A DNA stretch of 64,000 nt from the human T2T-CHM13v2.0 reference genome, Homo sapiens. Where the stretch lies: assembly GCF_009914755.1 (NCBI RefSeq), contig NC_060933.1, one strand, 5' to 3'. Numbering within the stretch: the stretch's first letter is position 1; each line of letters opens with the position of its first letter. This document shows, one piece after another, positions 47,240 through 60,637 of the stretch. A model generated the notes under the pieces. It saw only the letters and a program-made list of their open reading frames with translations. It was not told the origin of the DNA and ran no database searches. The position numbers and the translations under genes are program-made.

Positions 47240-49349
47240 GAACTTTAAGCAATCAACTAGGATAGCTGGCAGAAGAAATATCTAAGTAAAGTTTTGAGAG
47301 TGCAGCATGGCTTTACTTGACTGCTTATAGAAAAACGTAAGAGGAGAGGAAAAAAAGGATAAAAATGAAATTTATAATCAAAGGGGAAGCAGAATGTAAT
47401 GAGTTGAAAATTCATACCCTCTAGAAAATGAGAAAATGTATTCAAGCGATAACACCAGGGGTGTGGCCAAGTGACTGATAAAGGAGAATCATATGGATGG
47501 GCAGAAACCAGGTGGTATTCATTAAGACCAAAAAAAAAAAAAAAAAAAATGACTCCACAGGCATTTGGAGATCTTAGAGGCTGCCAATTCCATGATAGGC
47601 CCAGAGTGCCACAGCCTTGAGGGCAGAATGGTTTCAAAGGAGGGTCCCAAGGAACACACAGGACCTTGGGGCTCACTGCCCAGGGCCACCTGAAGATTGT
47701 GTTTCCCACATTCTGGCAGCGTTCCTCAGATGATCCAGGTGTGGCTTACACAGACCCTAGTGCCGCTCAGGCCATCTCTCCGGACCACACATGAATTGGT
47801 GGTAAACTTTGTTGGCATCCAAATGGTGCTAACTCTGCAGGTGTGCAGAGTGTATGAGCTGTAGAGGCATGGCTACCCTTACCTAGATTTCAAAACATGC
47901 CTGGGACAGACTCAAGGCCCAGGAAGAGAACTGTCCCAGGGGCAAAGCTGCTGCAGAGAGGCTTCACTAGGGCAAGGCCTAGTGGACCCATGGGAGTGAG
48001 GCTACTACTAAGACTGCAGAATGGTAGAGCCACCAGTGTGCAACCATAGCCTGAGAGAGCTACAGGAACAAGAATCAAGGTGTGAGATCTGTGATTTTGG
48101 TTGTGCCCTGCAAAGTTGTGAAAGTTGGGCTCTGAGAGCCTTGGGGGCCCAAATTCCTGCTTCAGTGTGTTCATAAGGCAGGAAATGAAGTCAGAGAAGA
48201 TTATCCTCAAGGCTCAATATTTAATGGTTTGCTCTGTTGAGTTTTGGACTTACTTGGGGCTAATTATCCCTTTCTTCTTCTCTATATTTTCCTGTTGGAT
48301 AGGAATATTTACCCTATCTCTGTCTCACCATTGTATTTTGTAAGCATGTAACTTGTTTGAGTTCATATATTCACAGCTAGAGACCAATTTGCCTCAGGAT
48401 CAATCAATTGTACCTTGAGTCTTATTAATTTCTGACTTAGAAATGAGAAGTATTTTGGGCTATTGAGATAAAATGAATGTATTTTTCAGGTAACAAGGAC
48501 ATGGATTTGTGGGGAGTGGAGGGCAGGGGTGAAATGCTGTGGTCTGAATGTGTCTTCTCAAATTGCAAATGTTGAATCTTAATCTCCAATGTAATAGTGT
48601 TGGAAGGTTGGGACCATGGGAAGTAATCATGAGGGCCTTGTGCTCATGAATGGTAGTAATGTGCTTTTAAAAGACTCTTCAGAGAGCTTCTATCTCCTTT
48701 TGGCTTTCTACGTGCTGCCATGTGACAACACAGCAGTAAGGTGTCATCTTGGCGGCAAAGAGTGAGCCTTCACCAGACAGAATCTGCTGGCTCCTTGACC
48801 TTGGACTTCCCAGCCTCCAGAGCCATGAGAAATAAACTTCTATTATTTATAAATTACCCATTTTAAGGTATTTTGTTATAGTGGTATGAATTGGCTAAGA
48901 CACAAACAATGTTGCAATAAAAATCTCATTATGCAAATAACATGGTTTTGAGGATTAAAAAAAATCTTTCCTGCAATCCAAATGCTTAGATACTTTTATA
49001 GTCTCAAAAAAATTAAAAAATCATGAACTTTCTGAAAAATATATTGAGAGATAAAAAATAGACAGGGATAAATAAGAAAAAACAGATAATTTTAAAAAAT
49101 AAAGAAAAAATAAAAAGTATTCAAGAACTTAAAACTAGAAGTCTACCTGCTAAATCTGCCTAGAGGAACTTAGAAGAACACTGCAGAACTGCTGTATCAT
49201 ATAGAGTAATTTCCATATTAAATGATTAAGATATTTAAGCTGAGTATAAAAACAACATTAAACAAGAAATATGGTCTTTAAAGATAAGCATTAAGTAAAC
49301 AACTCAGATGGTTTTACTCTAAATAGATTTTTAAATACATGATATAAAG

Positions 49350-49825
49350 ATGCTGTGGCATAGTTATACCTTAAGATATTATTCAGCCTTAAAAAGGAAA
49401 TCCTGCCATTTGTGACAACATGAATGAACTATGAGGACATTTCCTAGAAGACATAAGCCATATAAAAAAGAGAAACACTGCATGATCAAACTTACATGGG
49501 GAATCTTAAAAAAAAAATGAATACATAAAAACAAAGAGCATAGAAAGGTGCTTTACCAGAATTTGAAGGAGTGGGGAAAATTAGGAGAGATATATCAAAA
49601 AGCACAAATACGCAATTATCTCAGATGAGCAAGGCTAGAATGTACAGCATGAGAATTGTAGGTAATAATATGGTATACAGGAAATTTGCTTGAAAGTAAA
49701 AAAAATTTAATTTTGTGAGATGATCGATATGTTAATTTATTTGACTGTAGTAGACACTTCACTATGTATGTGTATATAAACCATCAAGCTGTACACCTTG
49801 AATATATACAATAAAAATTAAAAAG
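49350..49825 (+). mobile_element. L1MA (MA8/9-like) 3' end
   Basis: TATTCAGCCTTAAAAAGGAAATCCTGCCATTTGTGACAACATG...GTACACCTTGAATATATACAATAAAAA. Confidence 0.8.
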
Positions 49826-50847
49826 ATATAGTTAAAATAAAGGCAATATTTATAATATTAGTAAATAGAAAATAATTTGAGAAAATTAAATATACAGAGA
49901 AAATAAAACCATTTTGATAGATGAAATATCTAAAGCATACTGAAGATCAATTAAATATAAATCTTTAAATATTTAGTAAGAGCATGAAATATATGAAAGG
50001 GGGAACCAACAAGAATACAATAGAGGCATTCTTTAATAATTTGACTTCATAACGATGAAAAAGCAAATAAAATATATAGAACAGACGTGATAAATCGTCA
50101 TTCATTCTGGGACTACACACATAAAGTAAGTGTGTTAGACAATCTTGTGTAGATCATGAACTACTATATGTGAAATACAATTATAGGCACTGGTAGTTCT
50201 AATTAATATACTCCTTTAATTAAATAATCTGAATTAGTGACCGAAAATGACAAAATTATAAGTGTTGCACTTAACGTAATTATCTAGGAAATTTAAGAAT
50301 ATGACCTGGAAACAAAAGTCATTTTAGGGTATGAGAAATGAGTAAAATACCCTCATTTTACTCATGAGGTAAATGAGAAGAAGTAATACAGAAACATAGA
50401 GAAACATAAATACTTTTGCATTTGCAGTATCCAGAAAAAACTGAAATAGAGAAAAAGCTTCATTCACAGTGACAAGAAAATATAAAATATTTATGTATGT
50501 GTTTTGGTACAAATAATAATTACTAAAATATAATGTGGATAATAAAAAAATTAGCAGAGAAGCCTATCATGTTCTAAGATTAGAATAAATATTGTAAAAA
50601 TATCAATGAAATTATACTTATACATGCACAAGTAATGTAATCTAAAAAGTTTAATAATTTTGGAACTTGATATCAGGAAGATAGTCAAAGTACTTTTTAG
50701 AAGATATTGAGAGATGAAGTTCATACTGCTAAAGAGTTAAATAAAATATAACTCTCTAATAGCTGAAAAGTAAAACTGTGACTATAATGGTCCCACTATA
50801 ATGGTGAGATCAATCAATGAAACCAAATGGAATAGAAATATAAGGTC

Positions 50848-50886
50848 TGTGTGTGTGCGTGTGTGTGTGAGTGAGTTAGTGTGTGT
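50848..50886. repeat. Imperfect (GT)n microsatellite
   Basis: Seen directly. Confidence 0.85.
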
Positions 50887-53462
50887 TTTTTTAAAGCATG
50901 TGTGTAGATCTTCTAGAATATTATATAATACAGTAGATACACAATTACAAAAAACATGGGCACATAATTTTTAATTAACTGAATTTAAGTGATGTATTAA
51001 CTCTTTGGAAATCATGATATATTGTGTATAACCATGTTAAAATAAAACGAAGAAAAAATAACATATATGGTGTTCAGATTTTAAGTGATCTTTGCTCTTC
51101 AATGATGGAAAGACAATAAGGGTGTAATCATGCAAAGTAAGATTAAGTACATTAATACAAAATAAAAATTATTTGTCTTAGATTTTTGTGCGGGGTTGGA
51201 GGAAACATATGAGTCTTTTTTTTTTTAAGTATAACAATTGCTCTTTGTCTTGTAAGTGGCTGCAAGTCATGATGCATTTTCATTTCCCCTACAGGCTACT
51301 AGACAAGATTACACAATATGCTATTCCCAGTGCTGCCACCCATTCTTGTTAGGCTTTGCATTTCCTATATTCGGTCTATCATTTGTGTAAAGAGGAATGA
51401 GTTGCTTTCTCCGACGTTTCATAGAGCCAGGTAGGCATGAAGTCTGGCAATAGAACAGCAGTGACTGACATTATCCGTAACTCAACTTGCAGACAAGGAT
51501 TGGTTGATCAATAAAAGCATTCTTTTGACATAGATGACAATTTATTCTTTATTGATTGTCAAATGATGAGTAATATCCTGCATCTGGCATTCTTGCCTCT
51601 TATACATTATCCTGTGACTCCATTTCTGTTGTTGACTGATTCTTGACTATAATTATAGGTTTCTTTCCTTATTCAAAGTGGGTAGTATAGCATTTTTTCC
51701 ACTTTATCTGCATACTAACTGTTTAAATTTGATTTATATCACCTGACTCAATTTTTCTTTCACAGGTTTCTCATAAAATGATGCTTGCAATGAAATCACT
51801 GATAACAAAATAGATTTATCTAATTTGCTCTTGCCCGTAGCACATACGGCAATATCTCCAAGAGCACTGCAGTTAACCTTGCTCCTTGGAGTCTTGAAGA
51901 GCTATTTTAGGTGTGCTTACTATGTACATGTCCCTTTCTGCTTTGCCTTCGTTTTGTTCTAAATGCCTCACGGTGCCTGTAGAAGGTTTGTTACCACTCT
52001 CTCTGCTGATTGCCTGTGCAGGCATCTCCAAATACAAAGGAGGTAACACTAAATATCACTACCTTTAAGAACTGTACTGCCTTCCCCAAACTGACCCCTG
52101 AGGTTACTGCATTCTTCAGTTTGATAGATTAACTCTTCTGCCTGATGATTGCTGCCTTTAGTAAGCAAGGACACACACACGCACAGGTGTAGAATCTTTT
52201 AACAATCTCTCTCGGAGCTTTTCATTAAAAAATAATAAATAAATAAAAAGCTCCTTCATTCTCTGCCTGCAGACGCTTGTTTTCCCTTTGGGATCAGGAG
52301 CTTCTGCACGATCAAATCTTAGTGACACACGATTTAGTCAGAATTGCCTCTTTCTACAGAAGACTGAGGCTTTGCTATTGCACCATGCTTAGCATGGTGT
52401 CAATCTTCTATTTTGGACCATGTGTCAAATCTTCTATTTCTCAGTTTTCTCCAAGGGTAATCTAATAAACCCATATGGAAATAAGCTCACAAGAATCTCT
52501 ACTTTATCTAATTAACTATTCTCGGGTATCTCTGATAGAATTTACACTGAAATTGGAACCCTAGTCATACTTATCTTCTTGAAACAATGTTTTGCTTTTA
52601 ATAGACAATACGTTGTTGCTGTGGGAAAGTGAAATGCATATAAAAGAAATAAGGAAATACATGCAACCCCGTGTCTCAGAAATAACTGGTAACTTTGTGT
52701 TAGTTAATATTTGATGAGTAAATATAAAAACGTAGTTATATGCAGCAAGACAGATATTATTTACATGGATAGTACTGTATGTTAATAAATAAATGGAAGT
52801 ATACGTTTTGTATTGTGTTTTAACCGGTATTTTCCAGTTAACATTGTAACATGAGAGCTATTCTGTTAATAAATATCATTTCACATTTTTATTACTAAGA
52901 GTGCTCTTAGTAAGAATAATTATAATATTAATCATAGCTAACATCTGATGTTTGTATATGCTACCAGACTGTATTTCATATGCTTTATATACACCAGCTC
53001 ATGCCTTTGTCTCAACCTCCCTATGAGTTACACACATCCTATTAGTATTACCACTCTAGAGATATAAAATAAGAATTTGGGACTTTCTGGTAGTACACAA
53101 TAGTTCTTAGATAGCAAGTGTTCATTCACAGAAGAAAAAAATAGAAAAGCTCAACAAAATATGACACTTGGGCCTACTAATCATTAAAAACAAAAAATAA
53201 AATAAGAATGGCCTATCTTCAATTCATCCACAGTATTTTCAAATTAAAAATGTTAATTTTGTTTAGTGATTGAATGTGAGATTGAAGTTATCCTTGCATA
53301 ATGATGGTGAATATGTAAGTTACTGCAGCAATTTGGGGCTACAAATCAAAATTTAATTTATAGAAATTTATACATAATATATTTGGACAAGTGTCCAATG
53401 TTTGATGCCATAGAATTTGCATCCCATCACTTTTCATCAGAGTGTTAACTTTAGAAACAAGG

Positions 53463-53510
53463 TAAATGTCTTGTAGTTGTACAAGTTAAATGTCTTGTAA
53501 TTGTACAATT
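53463..53510. repeat. 24-bp tandem duplication
   Basis: TAAATGTCTTGTAGTTGTACAAGT / TAAATGTCTTGTAATTGTACAATT. Confidence 0.9.
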
Positions 53511-54340
53511 GTTATATAAATTATGTTACATTCATATACTTGACTATTGCAAAATTAGTATAAATATATTTGATTATGTTGATAGGTAGAAATGACTATT
53601 GTTGAGTGGTAAGACTATCACATTATTCTACTTTTTCCTTGATGCATTTGTATCTAACTCTTTAGACAAAAGAATGAAAAGTTAGTAAGGAGGGGAAAAG
53701 ATATTTAATTTAAAAAAAAATCATAATTTACCCTTCCAAAAATTTTTATATGAAATGACCTCATCTACTAGTGTCATTATTTAAATTAAAATATATTTTA
53801 AATGATTTTTAAATTTTATGTGAAGCTTTGCAATGTATATTTAAATTTTTCTCTAAAAATTGGTAAACAGTTTATCACAATACTTTTAGAAATATTTCTC
53901 CTTTCATCATTATCTAATGATGTATCCTAGATTGTATATTACATGTTTTATGCTCTCTTCCTGGGTTGTATATTGTTTTCCTCTCAATTAACTGTCATAT
54001 TGCCTCAGTTTTACAGTATTTTAACTAATTCCTTAAATTACAATTTCAAATGATTTCTTGCTGGTAAAATGCCAGGTTTTCTATTCATTATTAAGTTTTT
54101 ATTTCTAATATTGAAAATCATATTCCATGCTTTAATTACAGGAAGTAATTTGTTACATTTGTCGGGTAACTTGACAATTTACAAAGCATATGCCTATACA
54201 CCATCCTACAATCTGATAAAAACACTGTCAATGAAGTGCTATCATTATGATTCTTTAACAGATGAGCAAACTGAGGTTCACTGAGGTTATCACCAGCTGA
54301 AGAAATTATTACATTGTGAAGATGGATTCATATCTAATTC

Positions 54341-54530
54341 CTGTATTTCATTGAACCTCAGAGGCCATTGACTGTAAGATATACCATTATTTTATGCATC
54401 AAAAAATGAAAACATTGTTAATTAAATCATGAAAGAGTTTATTCAGATCACTTTAACCCTATATTTTAATCTTATTGAAAAAACAATCTGTGGATTATTT
54501 TACATGTTGATTTTTGTCATATATTGTGCT
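54341..54530. mobile_element. Kanga1/MER104-type (TcMar-Tc2) terminal fragment
   Basis: CTGTATTTCATTGAA..GCCATTGACTGTAAGATATACCATTATTTTATG resembles the Kanga1 terminus. Confidence 0.55.
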
Positions 54531-54609
54531 GCTCTAGCTTGAGGTCTTTCTACATGCAAACTAATTTATGTAAATGTTGAGTGTTTATAATGCTTACAAT
54601 TTTTTTTTT

Positions 54610-54730
54610 AAAAGTGAAAGGAAGATCATTAGAGAAGTAAAGAAACAAAAGAATGGCTGTTCCATTGGCATAGCATTCCCAAGGGCTGTGGGTTGACTTA
54701 TCTTTATATTTTTGAATATATTTTAAACAA
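54610..54730 (-). mobile_element. MER4-group LTR fragment (LTR8-like)
   Basis: AAAGTGAAAG..AAAGAATGGCTGTTCCATTGGCATAGCA..AGGGCTG. Confidence 0.55.
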
Positions 54731-55356
54731 TAAAACTCTCTGTCTCTTGCTATCTCTCTCTATATATGTGTGTATATATATATATATATATTACATCATA
54801 TATATGCATAAACTTATATATGTAATTATATGAAACTAACAAAGTAGATAATTTAAACAATGGTGTTGTGAACAGCTATGAGCACATTTGCACATACATA
54901 AGGAATTAAGATAACATTATATTATTGATTTGCAAATTCTGGGTTTCAGTTGGTATTGATTGTAAGGCTAATTAAGGGTAATAAAATGTGAAAAAAGAGC
55001 ACATCTTTGAGTCAATGGGATAAACTGTTTTTAAGCTTTCGTCTCTAGGTCAAAGGTATATACTAGCATCATTCAGTCTCTCATGAACAAAACTGAAAAA
55101 TAAAGATAAAAAGCTTAGTAACGTTAGTTTTTTTTAGCACCTTTGACTTTCAGTAGTTGTGTAGGATTAACAAATATTTAAGTATCTAACATTTGCCAAA
55201 GTCTATAATGGATTCGAAGCTCCCAGAAATGTTTTTTTTTTTTGTTTGCTTTTTTTTTTTTCCTGAAAAGTCACAAGCATTATGCCACATTATTTTTCAA
55301 AAACATAACATAAATCCTTAAACCTACAAAAAGGTCGTTTAAAAACATCTGACACT

Positions 55357-55674
<318 letters not shown>

Positions 55675-56759
55675 TTATGTAATCCAATGTTTTCATTTAT
55701 TCTCAATCTAATTTTCTATCCGATTGGTGTGTTGCAACGATTTCAATTCAGTTCCCTTGATCATGTCTGGCAATGTCCCACCTTTTGCCCATTTTCACAA
55801 TGGTTTCTCTTTACCCAGAATATACTTTACCTTCATTTAAAAAAAAAAATCTGACTTTCTACCTATTATCCAAGTCATATTTTTGTTAGTGTTATATTTA
55901 GCTACCCCACTGGATATGATGTCTGTGAGAGGGTTCCTAACACATATTGTCAATTTTGCAAATTGGTATTTATAGTTTTGTATATGAATATTTTAATGTG
56001 TTTAAATAGCAAGAATAGAATTAAAGTTTCAGTCTTTTAATGGCTTTGTGTCTTGGGTCTTTGGCTTTCAGAAGTGTTTCTTCCCCTCAGCCAGTGGTTA
56101 GTTTCTTCACACCGATGTGTTTTCATTTTCCTGGCTACAGCGTTTCCAATCTATTTCCTTCATGCCTTGTACCCTATTTACTATATTCTCTCCCATCTTT
56201 GATGAGACAAGAAGGCTGGAGGGGACTGCACTAATGAGAAATTTCTTTTCCAAGCTGGAATAAGGCAAATTCCTTTCCCCTGGAGGGTTGATCTTTATAA
56301 AGAAAGATCTGGGTATTTTTCAGTCTCCTATTCCCCTCTTTCTGTAGGAGCCATAACTGTATCTTTCTCCAGTGTTCACCACAATAACATGATCTAATTC
56401 CTGGCAGGAAAGCCCACCAAAAACTACCCTCTCTTGAAAACGCAAACAAACAAAACTCACACTAGCCACCTATAATTTATTAAATTTACTAATTAAGTGT
56501 TACTTCTATATGACTCCAGGAGTTTCTATCTGAGTTAAACAGATCTCTATTGATGTATCTTGCTGGATGTGACTACTTCTGTCAATGTGGAAATTTGGCC
56601 TCTGAACTAAGGTCTCTAATGGGTCCTAGAAAATGTTTATTTTCAGTTCATTTTTAGTTTGTCCAGATTTTTATTGTGGGGAGTGGACTTTTTACATGTG
56701 AGACTCTTTTACATGTGAGAAGTCTTTACTGAGAGCTGAAACCAGAAGTCTCAGGTGAC

Positions 56760-57015
56760 ATTTATTTATTTATTTATTTATTTATTTTTGAGACAGAGTC
56801 TTGCTCTGTCACCCTGGCCGGACTACAGTGGTGTGATCACAGCTCACTGCAGCCTTGATCTTCCAGACTCAAAAGATCCTCCTGCCTCAGTCTCCCTAGT
56901 AACTGGGACTAGAGGCATATGCCCAGGATGGTCTTGAACTCCTGAGCTCGAATGATCCTCCTGCCTTGGCCTCCCCAAGTGCTGGGATTACATGCATGAG
57001 CCACCACACTTGGCC
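56760..57015 (-). mobile_element. AluJ with deletion of the central linker
   Basis: GAGGCATAT joined directly to GCCCAGGATGGTCTTGAAC; (TTTA)n tail. Confidence 0.9.
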
Positions 57016-58214
57016 CTCAAATAACTTTTAATGGCATAATAAAATCTTCCTGATAAATTTTTTAATGAAAATAAGACAAGATATTAAATTTCCCATGAAG
57101 ATGGCTTCACTCCCATTCAAATAAAAGCCATGCAATTAAGGAAAGCAATCTGAAAGTGAGCGAAACAAAGTGCAATAGTGGTAATATCCTGGTTTAATTT
57201 TCCATTTTCTTTCTTGTGTATTCAGGTTTTTTTTTACAATTATCATTTATCAAATAAAAGCATAAGAAAATAAACATTAAAATGTTTATGTATAATGGTT
57301 TTAAACAAAACTAAGAAAACTAAAGAGTAAAATATGTCGTAAAAGAGTAGGACAAAGCCTTCATTATACTGCATATTGTCAATATATTGTCATTTTTACA
57401 AAATTTTGAAGGTAAGAACACAGGTGATACAAGGTTTCAGCATGTGCCATTGGAAAACCTCTCTAGTTGACACTGACTTGTCATTCACTTCTAGCGCAAC
57501 TTATTTGTTTATTGTTCATTTATCATACATATTCAATTTGTGTGATGTACTGCTACCAGAGGACTTAGCTGTCAGATATCCTCAATACAGTGTTAAAATG
57601 GTGCAATAAAAGTTGTATAAATATAATTATGCCACCTTTCTTGTAAACTTTAATTCCTTTCTAAAGGATAATATTGAGTTCTAGAAGATTAGCTCCCTAT
57701 TTCAATCTCCTTTTTTTAGTTTTGCATTATATCTCAATTCTCCTCCCCAAGATGAAAATGCACACAATGCCACATGTAGGCCAGGTCTTCCCTCTTTGTG
57801 CTCTCATGAATGTTGTAAATTCTGACTGGAAGCCCTTTTTATTACCTTGGGAAATATTTCATATTTGATTATAGTGTTTTAATGCATCAAAAGAGAATAA
57901 ATGATGCATATAAATTGTAATACCCAGGCCAAAGCACAGTTTTCTGCTCTGTGCCACCAAAAACTCCTGGATATAGTCCTAGATTGGCAATTTTTACATT
58001 GTTTTGTCATGATTAACTATTTATCTGTGGCTTTTCCCATAATTGCCTTCAGATATTTACTCAAAGTAACATTTTTAATAAAACCTTCCTTGTCAACCTA
58101 GTTTAAATTTGGCATCATCTCCCTCACACTCCCTATTTTCATCTTCTTTATTTCTATATATCATTTATATACTGTTTTACCAAATATGCATAATCTTTAC
58201 TTTTAAAAAAGTCC

Positions 58215-60045
58215 ACAGCCTTTTGAGCCTGACTTCTTTCACTTAGCATAATGCATTTAAAATTCATTTACATGGTTTTGTGAATCAGTAGTGCATTTAT
58301 TTTTACCAACGAGCAACATTTTATTACCTGGTATGCCCTATTTTTGTCCATTGAAAAGTTGAAGCATTTTTGGTGTATTTTCTGATTTGGGAGATTATGT
58401 AAAAAGCTGCCATAAACATTTGTAAATAGTCATTTAAAAGAGATGTATTTTCACTTTGGGGTAAAAACAGGAGTGTGGTTACTGGAACACATGCAGAGAA
58501 TATTATTTTAAAACTGACAAGTGGTTGGTTTAATTACCTGTGTCATTTTGCTTTCTCACCAGCAATTTATGAGATTGAAAGTTGCTCTGCACCCTCTCTA
58601 GAACTTGGTATTGTCAACTGAATAATGATAATGATGAGAATGTCTTTATTTTGAACATTCTAATAGGTATATAGTGCAATCTCATTGTAGTTTTTGTATA
58701 CCTTTCCCTTATCACTAATCATGCTGAACACTTTTGCAAATCCTAATTTTCTTTTTATATATATTTTCCGGTAAAAAGTCTGTTTAAATAATTTCACCAT
58801 TTGTATTGCCTTTGTTAAGGTCAGGTAGTTTATATGTTTACTATTGAGTTTTAAGATTTTTAATCTGAAAATAGGTTATTTATTATATATATAAAATATG
58901 AAACATTTTCTTCCAATATGAAGCTTATCTTTTATTTTGTTAATGATGTTTTATAGAGAGCAGAAGTCCTTAGTCAACTTATAATTTTTTTCACTTTAAA
59001 GATCTTTAATCTTTTTGACTTTTAGCTCAAGATCATGTTACTAATCTTAGTTTCCTTTCCAGGTGTTTTATAATTTGAACGTTTATATGATGGCCTATAT
59101 TCATTTTGATTTATTTTTTGTATATTAGCATGATATGAAGTTTTGGTCACTCTTCCCTTTCTTCCTCTATTTTTCTCTTTTTCTTTTGTTTTGCATATAG
59201 ATTTTTTTCATACTACAGCATAATTTTCTGACAATTTTTTTCTTTCTAAACTGTTTTTGTATACTTGTCAAATCAACCGGTCATGTATTAGTGTGTTTAC
59301 ATTTGGACTCTCAAACTGCGTTATTATTTGTGCTTATTCTTTCATCAGTAACATACTGTCATAATCATTGTAGGTTCACAGTAAATCTTGATATCAGGTG
59401 ATATACTCCTAAAACTTTGATCTTGTTTTACGAAATTGTTTTAGCTCTTCTAGGTCTTTTGTTTTCCATAGAAATTTTAGAATCTGATATTGATAACTAC
59501 AAAAAAATCTCCTGACTTTTATTACGGAATCAAAATCTATATGTATATAAGTTTGTAGGGAATTGCTATCAATAAAATTAAATATTCTGAAGCATAAACA
59601 TAGTTTTGTATATTGACTTTGTATTCTTCAAGCTTGCTATACTCATATTTTCATTCCAGTAGACATTGTATAGTTTCTTTCATGTTTTCTATATAGAAAA
59701 CATGAGTCTGTGAATAGAGACGGTTCTGCTTATTCATGGTAGATCTGTACGATTTTAGTGATTATATTTCCTTATTGTACTAGCTAGGACATTTGTTGAT
59801 GTGTACAGATGTGGTAAGAGTCATATCCTTGTCTTGTTTATACTTTGAAAAAGCATTTAATCTATCAGCATTATATAAAATCTTTTCGTACGTTTTCAGT
59901 AAATGCTTTTTATCAGATTGTGAGAGTTTCTTCTAGCCTTACTTTCCTTAGAGTTTTTTTTTTATCAATGAATGTTGAATTTAGTCAAATAATTTTTTTC
60001 TGTATTAAATGATATTATTTGGTTTTTCTTTATTAGTATTTAAAA
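58215..60045 (-). mobile_element. Ancient L1MC/MD/ME 3' UTR and ORF2 remnant
   Basis: GACTTCTTTCACTTAGCATAATGCATTT; ATCTCATTGTAGTTTT; GTCATATCCTTGTCTTGTT. Confidence 0.7.
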
Positions 60046-60201
60046 TCATTTTCATTAAATATCTGAACATTATTATCAACCAGTTTGACCCGATTGGTGT
60101 TCCTTGAACACTACAGCAATCTTAGTGTAAACATTATTTTCAGACAATATGGTATGCTCATTAAGATATACCACGTCTTAAGATGTAAAATTATTCTGAA
60201 T

Positions 60202-60637
60202 TGTTATGAGATATTTTTCTATATATTTTTCTTATAACCCAAAAGCACTGATAGCCCTTTGTTCTAGGTAATCTTTTCAAGGATATTTATATAGTGAATA
60301 GCAGTGGAAGACAGAATGTGACTCAAAAGCAAAGGACAAGAATTCTTACTAGCCATTATAAAAGATATGAGTTCCCTAGATTGAGGTAGCTCACTCGTAG
60401 TTTCTTGGGAAGTCATCTATCTTGGATCATCCACATCACCACCACCACCATCCCATCCCTTCTGTGGGACTTAGACCAAGAATTGGTGTGATATGATGCT
60501 GTACTTGCGGCTTGCTGTACTGTGAGTTAGTAGTCTCTTGTCTCTGAACCAGAGGTTGTATATCTTATACTAGTAAGCATGAAGCTAACTTGTTAGCATA
60601 CAAGTGGAGTAAAATCCATTCACAACAGTTCTTGACA
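60202..60637 (+). mobile_element. LTR40 (ERV-L) 5' LTR
   Basis: GCCATTATAAAAGATATGAGTTCCCTA; GCTAACTTGTTAGCATACAAGT; ends CAGTTCTTGACA. Confidence 0.75.

Noticed and set aside
47257-47709. 150-aa minus-strand ORF
   Set aside because: Antisense to decayed MaLR internal sequence and includes a poly-T-derived Phe run.
56686-56720. Small tandem duplication (TTTTACATGTGAGA twice); also ACTATAATGGT twice near 50782
   Set aside because: Ordinary slippage duplications with no sign of function.
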